This document shows, in pieces, positions 15,001-25,600 of a stretch of 64,000 nt of DNA. Both the position numbers and the translations under genes were made by a program. The notes below the pieces were generated by a model. That model searched no databases. It had not been told where the DNA came from and worked only from the letters and a program-made list of their open reading frames with translations. Each line of letters begins with the position of its first letter. The first letter of the stretch is position 1. Source of the DNA: Pocillopora damicornis (taxonomy: Eukaryota); NCBI RefSeq assembly GCF_003704095.1, contig NW_020846122.1:372001-436000 (forward strand), given 5' to 3'.

Positions 15001-18000
15001 ATAGAGAGTGCTTGGAAAAAACAACAGTGGAAAATGCAACAACCTAACTTCACAGTATGCGATGATAATTTTTGAAATAAAATGAAATTGGCATACTTTT
15101 GACACTTCCGAAAGGGCCATATGTCATATTATATGCTGTTCTTTCCAAAATATGTTCATACATCATCTTAAGTGTGTAGTGATTTCCATGTTCTACAGCT
15201 CCTGAAACAACTAAAAAGGGAAGATGTTGTAAGTTATAAACTGAAACAACAAATACCCACCTTTCCACAGTATACAAAATCATTTACATGTTTCAGTTGT
15301 GGTTTAATGTTATCCTCTGTTCAAATTCAATTCTAATTTCTCTGTTTTGGGTAACTATGATTATAAATTAATGACAAGGTACTTTGGTGTTATCATCGGA
15401 ATTAAAAACATAAATTAGCCACCCTTAAGAGTTTCAAAGCTGACATTTCGAGCATTAGCCCTTTGTCATTGCTCTGATGAGGGGCTAATGCTCATGGCAT
15501 CAGCCTTGAAAGTCTCAATGGTGGCCAATTTATGTTATCAACTCAGATGATAATACCAATGAAAGCTTGTTATACTCTCCCACTAATGCAGCACCACAGT
15601 TTCTTTTGAAACTTACACCATTTATTCATTTATGGTAATTAATGAATCATGTGCATATAGATTGATTAAGATTTAAACCAGCTAATAAATGAAATCGAAC
15701 CAGTGTGTCAACCATCTCATTCGAAGGTTATGTTGGTTTTATACGGCAACTTAGTGGCAGAGAAGGTGTATTTAATGACAAAACAAAGCAGTGGCTACAA
15801 CTGAGCATAAATCATTCAGCTGGTAAACAAACTTCAAAAGAATAAACAATCATAATTAGGAAAATAAATATGATACCACTGGCTTACCTGACACGCTATA
15901 AACAGCAAGTTTTCTTGGATGAAGAACAGCTAAGTGTAACTGATCAACCCCTCTGAATAGAAATCAATGAAACATTGCTATTTTTAATACACATAGCTTA
16001 CACAGTATTTAGTGGGATTTGCTAGCATGAAAGTTGTAAAACATTTGCAATTATTATTCCATTGACTTACGAAACAAATTTGCCAGCTTCCACTTGCAAA
16101 ATTGGCTGTTGTAGCTGTACTTCCAACATAAGATCTTCTGGTTTAAAATGAGGTGGCTTGGGACAATAAATTCTAAGGATTCCATGAAAACTACCAACTA
16201 TAATTTTATCTGAAAAATACACATGTGATCAATTAATCATTTGCTTTTAATTGGTTCTTCTACAACAACTGTCTTTGAATTTGTATTGGTAATAGGACTA
16301 AGTGGAGTCCAGTTCAGTCTGCAATCATAAGAGCAACTAACAAACTAATGGACAACTGCGAAGCAGAAATCCAATCTGTTAATAATGAGTATGATTGCAG
16401 ACAGAACTGGATGACATGAAGACCTTTTACAATCAATCATAACCGTTACAATTTCTGGAAAAAAATACATCTAGAACAAATATCCCCAAAGGAGACAATG
16501 TGTAAAGTTAAAACTTCCTCTATTTAGGAGATTTCCCAGTTTTTTTTCTTTTTAAGGATAATAATGATTAATAACAAACTTTAAGAAAAAATTTTAATTG
16601 ACTTGTTTTTTCCCTTGGTTTCAGGTACATAACCACAAACCTTAAACAAATTAAGTTATAATATAGCTAGAAAATTTGTCTAATCAAATTCAATTGTGTG
16701 AGCATGCTTCATATTCCTATTGTGCATGCTCGTGATGTTAGCAAACAAATCCCTGGAGAAAAAAAAATTGGAAAATGTTATAAAACAATTGGTTCATATG
16801 TCAGCTGTGCATTCATCGAGATATGAAGCACTTGGGAAGTTTGGAGAGCACTCATGAAGCCAGAGTTGCTCTCAGCTACGCCTCAAGCAACTCTTACACA
16901 TCTTTCAAAGGGTCAACGATACAACAGCCAAGTACATGTTTACTTTCTTATAGAAACATAACAGACAAAAAAAAACAGAGATGGGATTGCAATTATTATA
17001 CTACTTCCACAACATGAACACTGGAACAACAGCTGAACCAACTCTTCCAACAGCTTCTTTCTCTTTTCACATAAAAAAGAGTGATGACCAGTCAATAACA
17101 CTGTCTCATTGTCAAGGTTTTCTATCACATAATATTTTTTCTCCCTACTATGGAGTTCTCTCCAGAGAGTTTTTAAACAGTAGCTTGCTAGAAACAAGTG
17201 AGTGTCAAAATAGCTATTCCACTTACAATCACCTATTGTTTTCTTTTCAGTCTTTCCATCAATCTTTTTGTTTATGTACAACAATTTAAAAAAAAAGGTT
17301 TCATTTACTTCAGATCAAGACAGGGTTGCTTGCTTTGTCTCATCAAAGTCACACATCGGAAACAAGTAGCTAGTGAAAACCCAGCTGCTGGAGAATATTG
17401 ATGTTCAGCTGAAGAAACACATCTATTTATAACTGTTAAATGAGTGAATGCCTCTGTTAAGCTCTTTCCACTTAACATGGGTATTGTCTTGAGGCACAAA
17501 ATGTAAACTGATTTTCTGCCACAGTCTATCCACAGTTCTCCAACAAATTTTTGTTAAAAAATTTCCCACCAAAACAGAGTCAGGTACAAGATATTTAAGC
17601 TCAAAATATGCACATGATCTCTTTAACAATTCTATATAAATTAAGCTTGGGCACTAAAAGTGTGTATAAAAGACGACAACAGAAATATGAGAATTCAACG
17701 ATGCACCTCTAAGAGCATAATCAGATTTCTTCCATATAGAATTTTGGTTTGTTAAGAAATAACGTATTTTCGTTTTTAACGATCCACAATCTACACCGAT
17801 ACTTACATAAACATAGCGATTGGTGCCGTTAGCAACGAGCCTAAAAAAACATGGCTTGAGTTGATAGGTAACCTAAGTGATAATCACATATAGGTCATCT
17901 TCAACTGTTCCGCAAAGAACACGTACTTTGAAAATCGTTGATTTAAGAGAGGTCTAAAACAAAAATATAGCAACCCTAAAACTGATTATTTTGTAGCCTT

Positions 18001-18240
18001 GGGATGGCAATAAAGCTTCCACAGACTAATTTACCTTCTTTCATAATGACAACCACATTAAACATCACACGAATACCTGGCCGATGTGTTACAGATTTTA
18101 GAGAAAGCAAAACATCTCGAAGACTTACCCAACTGCAAGCCGTTATTGTCGATATTTGCCACACACAAGCATCCAAGATCGAATTCTTCGTCGCTTCCTG
18201 CATAGGTGGCCCACCAATCTCTCGCTTTGAACAGCGACAT
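1..18240 (-). CDS. BBS9: Bardet-Biedl syndrome 9 / PTHB1 (BBSome scaffold subunit); 25 exons, 3' end runs off the window
   Basis: Starts MSLFKARDWW. Contains BBS9 motifs DFICIQSMDGMLSFFEQESFAFGRFLPGFLLPGPL, CAYLGTDPS, FRAIQRRLLTRFKDKTPAPL, GWEEITDAAITHLLRTCL and IPKDTSKLKKHIALMCDRL. Phase-consistent GT-AG exons: 18129-18240, 16071-16209, 15888-15952, 15097-15210, 14353-14527, 13203-13284, 12731-12818, 11774-11869, 10645-10774, 9693-9813, 9154-9214, 8673-8749, 7471-7524, 6650-6758, 5936-6043, 5446-5534, 4842-4893, 4191-4283, 3666-3760, 3347-3427, 2844-2996, 2196-2296, 1536-1617, 306-384, <1-141. Confidence 0.97.
3105..3168 (-). mobile_element. Fragment of palindromic Penelope-like-derived repeat with a minimal hammerhead ribozyme core
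   Basis: Minus strand 3164-3135 reads CTGACGA-A-GGGC-TAAC-ACTC-GAAA-AT-TC-AG. Confidence 0.6.
5042..5246. mobile_element. ~205-bp TTAA-flanked MITE (piggyBac-like ends), family A
   Basis: TTAA-CCCT...AGGG-TTAA ends. Same internal sequence at ~20138-20344, ~33688-33901, 51708-51918 and 54012-54565. Confidence 0.8.
8483..8555 (+). mobile_element. tRNA-derived (SINE-like) element head, not a functional tRNA
   Basis: Acceptor-like stem GGCTTCG/TGAAGCC, A-box-like TAGATCAGATGG and B-box GGTTCGACTCC, with irregular D and anticodon arms. Degraded tRNA-derived elements also at ~13620-13875, ~23740-24040 and ~47600-47890. Confidence 0.6.
8919..9066. other. Assembly gap (N run); further gaps at 8025-8038 and 56681-56780
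   Basis: Runs of N. Confidence 1.
9322..9610. mobile_element. Non-autonomous DNA-transposon-like repeat (related copy at ~60795-61240)
   Basis: Degenerate inverted ends (ttgattgattgtgg / cgacactcaattgaaaa) and internal ccaatca/tgattgg motifs shared between copies. Confidence 0.5.
12170..12626. mobile_element. ~455-bp MITE-like element
   Basis: Imperfect inverted ends atgtaccagttgttagaagttccaacatccc / gggaagttgaagcttcaaattgattggtgcat. Confidence 0.5.
14659..14808. repeat. Fold-back element with internal 7-bp subrepeats
   Basis: caaaagtaaattgacagtc...gactgtcaacttacttttg inverted ends; internal gagaatt and ggatcaa repeats. Confidence 0.55.
15383..15630 (+). mobile_element. Palindromic Penelope-like-derived repeat (hammerhead family), CpG-decayed copy
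   Basis: Inverted arms gctgacatttcgagcattagccc / gggctaatgctc...tcagc and the family tail ttatactctcccac...gcagcaccacagtttc. Confidence 0.7.
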
Positions 18241-19296
18241 CTTTGGATGCGAGAAGATTTAGTGTACCGCGGTTACTCAAACAAAGTCACGTGACTTATG
18301 CACAGCCGACGTCGCGCGACTCGGACAACGATTGCTGCCGGACAATCTCCGACTTTCTACGAAATTCAATCAAATCTAAAACCTTCAACTGAGATATTCT
18401 CCCTTCTGGCTAACATGCATTTCACCGCCAATTTGTTGAGAGAATTTGTCGTTATATCGACAGTGAGGATATATCGCAGCGGTGCCAAGATAATAAATTT
18501 TTCGGGAGATGAACACGGATTAAACATACTTGAAAGCTTGTTCTTGGTCTGGGTGGTGATTTGTGTGGTTCCGCCTTAATTAAGTGATCGTTTGTTACAC
18601 GTGGAAGACATTATAAACAGGCCGTTGGAACTTAGTAAAGGGTGACCGCGACCGCTTAATAAAGGTGAAAATTATGGTGTTAAATGGGAAAGAATTCGGG
18701 ACTTTGACAAATGACCGCTTAATACAGGATGGCCGCTTAATACAGGTTCGACTGTAAGACACTCGCCTTCCTCGAGTTTACCAGTGGTATGCTGTCATTT
18801 CCTTACAATGAAAAACAATCTAATGACTGTTCTCACCAACTGCTTCGTGAAAAATGTGTGGATGGGTTGAAAAAATTCAGGGCGAACCTGTTGAGGTGGA
18901 ATAGTAACTTTAGATATGCTCAAAACATCGATGTTTTATCGATAGAACACTTAAAATAATTTTATTATTAAATCATTTAATAGTAAAAAATAAAAAACCT
19001 TGTTAGAGCGAGGATGAATGAATGAAGTAACTGTGGATTTTTTTGATAACCGAGTTTCGATACGTCATTAAAATAACTTAAAGTAGCGTCTGAAAATAAA
19101 TTTTTTTGGAAGCTTGAAAACAACTTTTTTAAATATCAAATGCAGCATGCCGTTTTATCCTATTAAATCTGAGTCACAATCATAGATAAAAAAATTTTTA
19201 TACATATTCATGAATATCTTCCATATGTCTACTTTTGAATCAATCTGCAACTTAAATAAATAACCCAGTCAACTAGTTTCCGAAACCCGTGACCAT

Positions 19297-19309
19297 GTTA
19301 CCATGAAAC
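19297..19309. promoter_or_regulatory. RFX X-box-like motif ~1 kb upstream of BBS9
   Basis: GTTACCATGAAAC. BBS genes are established RFX targets in animals. Confidence 0.35.
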
Positions 19310-19897
19310 TGTCACGCGGGCAAGGAAATGGACGAAAAAGTAACAATGCCCAACATGGAACGCTCGGAACAAAGTTCGATGACTTCATCCGAACATGTTT
19401 CTAAAAGGGATTATCTGGAGTTGAGAAACTAAACTAGAATGAGCTTAAGTCATCCTTGTTTGTATTTTTTTGGGGTTGGAAGTTTTGAAGGAGCGGATCG
19501 TGGTAACGACTCTCCATCACAGCCGTCGGTTAGTCTTGTCACGCAAGACACTATGGAAAAGAGAGCGCGTTGCGTGACGGCTGCAAAAACCAGGTCCTGA
19601 TCCAGCTTTCAAACAACAGTCATTTCTTTTATAAATTGTTTTTTTACTGCTCTAGTCTTTCTTTTCATCGTTATCAGTGGCTTCCCCTATCATCTGCTTC
19701 ACCTGCTTGCGTCCTCGCCGATGTATAAGCTCCATGTAGGCTCGTCCACCAATTATACTGAGTAAGAGTCCTACACCCATTGAAATGGCTATCCACGCAG
19801 CAAAGCTTAAATAGGGGTCTGGAAATAAGTAATTGGCACAAATGAAATTTACATGCCAAGCTTAAAGTTCACCAGGTGTGTTAGTAAAGAAGAAAGA

Positions 19898-22569
19898 TCA
19901 AGACGGCCCTGCAAATAAATGATTATAGGGATTGTAAACGCCGCCCGAAATTTAGTTGATACGGCTGAACCAAGCTGTGCGTCACTTGGATAGAGGTCCT
20001 CCCACCCCGACCGAAAAAAAAAAAAAAAAAAGAAAAGAGAGAGAGGTTGTTTTGTAATACGTCGAAGAAAAGCCAGTTTGACCTAAGAAATTTCCATCAA
20101 ATATTTTGACTCACGGGGGTAGGTGGTATAAAGAAATTTTACCCTCACCCTAACATCAGTATTCATATTCTCCATACTGTTCTCTGTACACGTACTAAGG
20201 TGTTGACAAGGAGAATTTGTCTAACAATCAAGAAATTCTTTAGTTGAAGATCATTCCCTTTCTTCTCGTGACATTAATGTGATTCAGAGGTAATATTGTA
20301 AAGAGAAATTAGATGCTGATTACTCTCAGGGATTTAAGGGTTAAAAGAGATATGTCCTCACCTCGGCTCTTTTCACAGACAAATGGCAGCGCGATCTCGC
20401 AGTTTAAGTCAAACCAAGTCACTTCACCATTCCTAATATGGATATTAACACAATCCTCGCCATCGCACCTCGTTGGTGCACCGCTGTCATAATGTTTGTC
20501 ATTTGGTTCGTCTCTGTCCCAGTTGAAATATGAAGATCGGTTGTTGAATTCTCCTTGGCCTATGTCGTTCCATACATATATCCCTGCATATACAAAAATC
20601 AAGTACCAGTCTCTGCTCTAATCATTATGGTGAAGAGGAGATGAGCTTGCGCATTTTGTATCTAAATCTGGTACGTCTAACTGAAAGCCCTGGAGACCAA
20701 TGTAGAACATGTCTAGACGGATTTCCTCTTATTTTTTTTCTAACAAATCTCTAAAGAAAAGTTTTTCAGGTATTTTAAGGAAGCAAGCGAAAACAGACGA
20801 GCCCGTTGATTCAAAATACTCCACTTTAGAAGGACTGCAGTAAGCCTCGATTTTGTGTTCTAGACCCAGTCCTCCTGACTTGTGTCCAAATATATCTTAC
20901 AACAGTTTAATTGTCAAATTTTGCGAAAAACACTGAATTACGCACAGGTTACCAACTTATGCTGTTAGATTCCAAACTAAAACGCAAAAGAAAAAAAAAC
21001 GTTTTCAAGCCTATGACAACAAAAGGACATATCACATAAGATCAATTCAATCTGGTACGAGAATTCGTCCGGCAGTTACTGAACAAATTTCAGATGCACT
21101 CTACTGTGCTTTATTAGACCTGTCCAAGCAAGAGCTAGTTTGTTCAAAAACACGAGCCTTTCCCCATTTAAAGAAACTACCTTCCCTATATTTCACGTTC
21201 GACCTGTGTCCCATCGTATGCTTACCAGCTTCCACTCGGTCGTTAAGTCCAATCCATATGTTTGTTTTTATCATATCTCCGATCAACCTGTTTTTTGAGC
21301 TACTGGTTATCTTTACGAGCCTAGCATTGTTGTCTCTGCACTTCTGTCGCGCCCGGTCCCACGTGACAGTCTCGCGCGCGTACCAGTAACACATACCATT
21401 ACCTGGACATTCCCAGCCAGAGAGACCTGAGGGGAAAACACGAAGAGGAAGTTTGTTTGTGTCTGCCACATTCAGAGTGGAGTTGCACTGCTAGACTGGT
21501 TTCCTGGAAAATTTCTTGATGACTTCACTGAAGCACTTCTGGGGAAATATGACCCCATGAATATTGTTCTTAACACATTTTGACGTCATCTCGGCAGTAT
21601 GGAATTTATTTTTTAAGTGTAAATGCATACATTTTTGTCGGGAGGAAAAATTTGGTGAGAACATCAGTGACACACGTGACTGCTTCTTGTTCGTTTTTAC
21701 CACATTTTGACGTTATCTGTGATAAATTACATGCCAGTACTCACCTTTTATGGACTCCCTCTCACATACAAAATTCCTGTGGGCTATACAAACCGCGTCG
21801 TTCCACTTCTTATTGGTGGTTTTCATCTCTACACAACTCTCTACGTTGCACTGTCCGTTAAAGTTGTTCGGTTCAGTGTTGGAGGGATTGGTTTCGTCCC
21901 ATGCAAAATATCTTGGCGTATCAAACTTGTTGTAGTTCCACAAGTACCGTGATTCTTTACTTCTGTCGTTCAATCCAATCCAAGCACCGTCGCCTGACTC
22001 AAGAAGCCCTCCTACAAATCTGCAGATAAACACGAGAAAAACATGACACAGTAAACATGACGCACTTGGTAGTTTATCACAGCAAGAGCTAATCTCGGTT
22101 TTTCAAAGCGAACAGTAGAGTTGCAACTCTCCTTGGATGTTACATCAGTTCTCAGTGCATTGGAAGTTCCTAAACCCAGACTGCAATTGGTTATTTCATG
22201 TTGTAAAGAGCCGAACTGCCGTGCGGTAGGTCGAGGGTTCAAGACTCATATCATGTAAGGTACATCATAATATCCTCAAATCTTGTAATAGTAGGAAAAT
22301 AACGAGAGCAGTTAAGATAAAAGGAATATCAAAACCAGCTGGATAATTGTAGACAATATTACAGGTTATAAAGAACTACTAAAAGATAGGGTAATTTAGT
22401 TTATCAACTGAGTTAATAACGTAAATTGGCCACCTTTTCGAGCGTTAGCCCTTCATCAGAGTGAATGACGAAGGGCTAACGCTCGAAAAATCAGCTTTTA
22501 AACTCTTTACGGTGGCCAATTTACATTATCATCTCAGCTGATAATCCTAAATTACCATGTTATACTCTT

Positions 22570-22603
<34 letters not shown>

Positions 22604-25600
22604 TTCCCCCTTTACTAAAAGATCGATTACAGACAAATGCTTACAGTCTAGGTTAAACAAACGTTTTCATTTTTTAAGCTTTCCTTCTCTTGCCGGCGCC
22701 GTTGCTTGTAAGCTATTTACTGGAATAATACAGAAAAAATAGAGATATGCTATCTTTTAATTATTCCTAATTTAACAATCTGCCAACGTAGCGTTTATTA
22801 ATTAAAGGTAGTTTGTATATTAGTGTTTGATGACGTGCCATTTTAAATTACTACTTCCGTGTGTTGCAATGGAGACGTGCGGAATGAAGTTCCACGTTTT
22901 TGGCATAATTTTAGCTGTGATGTCAATGCTACATTATGGAATGCAAAAGCATATTGTTACAAACACTGAGTGCTACAAAGGTAATTACAAATAATCCATT
23001 TTTCCCTAAGTTTAACTGAGAGGGAGATTTTTTTCAGTTTCGCAAATTACAGCAACGTGGCAAGAAAGGAACTATTTGATAAAATTTTCCGTCCTCACCA
23101 AGAGAGTATCAAACTCTAAAAAGTGATAAGAATGCTGTAATAGCACGCGTTAAGCAATCGGAAAAGGATTTTGCAAAGTCATCGAAAGAAAATTACATTT
23201 CTGTTCGTGGCCAAAGAGGTTGTGTCTTAGTTTTCCTTTTCTCGTACACCAATCGTTTAAGACTTTTTTACGACTATCATAAATTTCATTTTAACTTTCC
23301 AATGAATCTGACGCAAGCTTGAGAATATTAGCATTCGAACTGGCCTTCGAATGCGCGAAGAACTGTTGTTTTCAAAGAACTCCTTCTAAAGCGCGCGCAC
23401 AGTACGTCAGTTTCAGTAAAACAAAAAACGTCCTTTATTAGAGAGCTTACGCATCACGTTAACGGAAATAATAATAGGTAACAATCCAGTTTCCCGAAGT
23501 CTGTTTCTAATATATTGCTGTGAACGCTGTAAAGGCAAAAGGTGTTTTATGTTTAAAATTTAAAACCAAATGCTGCACATTCGATGGAAGAGACGAGAAG
23601 TATTTAACAGCATACAAATGCAGCAAGATAAAATCCGAATTCTGAGTGAGAGATTTTGGCGGTTTCTAAAGCAACCTTCTTACAGTATGTAAGTGAGTTT
23701 AATCATTCTCAATCGGCGCGTAAGTTTGCGACCAATCAAAAGTACAATTGTGGGAAAACAGAGTAGGAAAGATGGTAAATTAAGAGTTCGGTCTTGGACG
23801 AGCTCCCACGAAGAGTTTGACTATCAGATTTTGCGGTCCGATGTCCTACCACAGAGCCGCAGAGAACTCGCTATTGAGCTATAACGTAAAATAAGAGTTC
23901 GATTAAAACAAGCTTCCTTCATAATGCCAGGATCAGCAACGTCAAAACATTTGAACTAAATATCTGACAAATGAATAACATCAGGCTTTCTCTATTTTCT
24001 TAACTTGACGATCTGGCTCAAAAATTGCCACCGTTCTTCATTTTCTTTATGCAAATCCTTTGTTTCCTTTTCAGCACTCTACTGGATGATCATTACCATG
24101 GAGTTTTTCGCCGCAGTAGTGGCGGCAATCAAATTTTTCTGGTTTGATCGAGGTAAAAAGACCAGGTAATTACAGCAGTTTTACACTTTTAAATACATGT
24201 CAAATAACAGTAATGCCGTACAAGAGAGTACAACAAGACTTCACACGCAGAATGTAGCAACAAATTGCCTTTATCTGAATGTTTTCAGAGAATGTCTTCG
24301 TTCACAAACTTTAAAGTTAATAGCTGTTCGCAGGGTGACAGATAGTACAGCTCGACAGTTATGCTCACGTGTTTAATCTGCATTGTCTCCAGTCGCCCAC
24401 AAATGATTCAGGAGAGTTCAATCAATCATCAAGGAAAATTGCATTAAGTATCGTTCCTTGAATTCTACTACACCATTGTTTCTTTCACTTACAGACGTTT
24501 AAGTTGTAATACACAAAAAGTTTACCTTACAACGTCCTACATAATTCGTTATCATTACTTTTCCAGACGGTCCAAAGCAGAGGAAGAACCAGTTATTCCA
24601 CGGGGTGCTCAAGACTCACGAAAAGCGAGACAAAGAAACCTTAAATGCATGGCTCGCAATGCTCGATTGGCCAAAGAAACACTGTTATCTGGTGTACGTA
24701 TTTGTGTGTTAGACTGGTTTCAAGGACTGAATTCTAACAGAGGCTTTGATGAACGTGTCGTATTGCTTTGTTTCATTCAGACTGCAGACTGTTTGGGCCC
24801 ACGCGCCATTCTCCGCGTAACATCAAACAGACATTTGAGAACGTCCAATCAAGCGTCGCATTCTGTCGCGTACAGCGAAGAAAGCCGTTCTACTTCAGAG
24901 AAGGATGCATCTGTCCTTTTAACACCAAAGAGATATTACATGCCTCTCACTTTCCTTCAAGGCGTATTTAAAAGAGCCCGAGAATTTGGGAATATTACTG
25001 AAAAGAACTCAGAGAGAATATATAAACTCAGCATAGCTCGAGTATTGAGTATACACCGGGAGACATTCGCTTTCGTCGACGAGCGGGAATGCCGAGTCAT
25101 ATCTAGGCAAGATGTGACTTCGATCATGTTATTCAATGCAGAATTCGACTGTTTTGGATTTCTTAATATACCTCGATACATTAAAGACAGAGGTTCAAGA
25201 GCACTAGTCCTGCCACTTAAACAGGAAGAACGCACCTCTCCGATGCCTCCAAAGTGCGACGTCACTCGCTACTATTGTTGCGTAAGCTTGTCTTTAAACG
25301 ATAGTGGTGTTAGACAACAGCACGTTGGGTGCAAAGTAAGCAAATACTCTTTTCTTAGAAATTTGTCCCTGTCAACTGACATGGGTGATGCAGGAAACTT
25401 TGTGAAACGCATACCCCAAGCCAGTCAGCAATCTAAGAAAACAGAAAGTCCTACGGAAAGGCTAGCTTGTGGTTTTGCCCTCTTTGATGGGGAACATCCA
25501 AGAATCTTTGCCAATTCAAAAATATCATCAATCTCACATGATACGATATCGGATGACGAAAAGTCACGCAGTCAAGCACCAATCGTTTCCTTACTTTCCA

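Noticed and set aside
16940-17284. ORF with LFQCSCCG in BBS9 intron 1
   Set aside because: It may be a transposon relic, but it is low complexity, CpG-decayed and has no supportable homology or splice context.
19862-19900. Selenocysteine or readthrough at the lectin TGA
   Set aside because: Only ~11 further codons follow, and no SECIS element could be identified.
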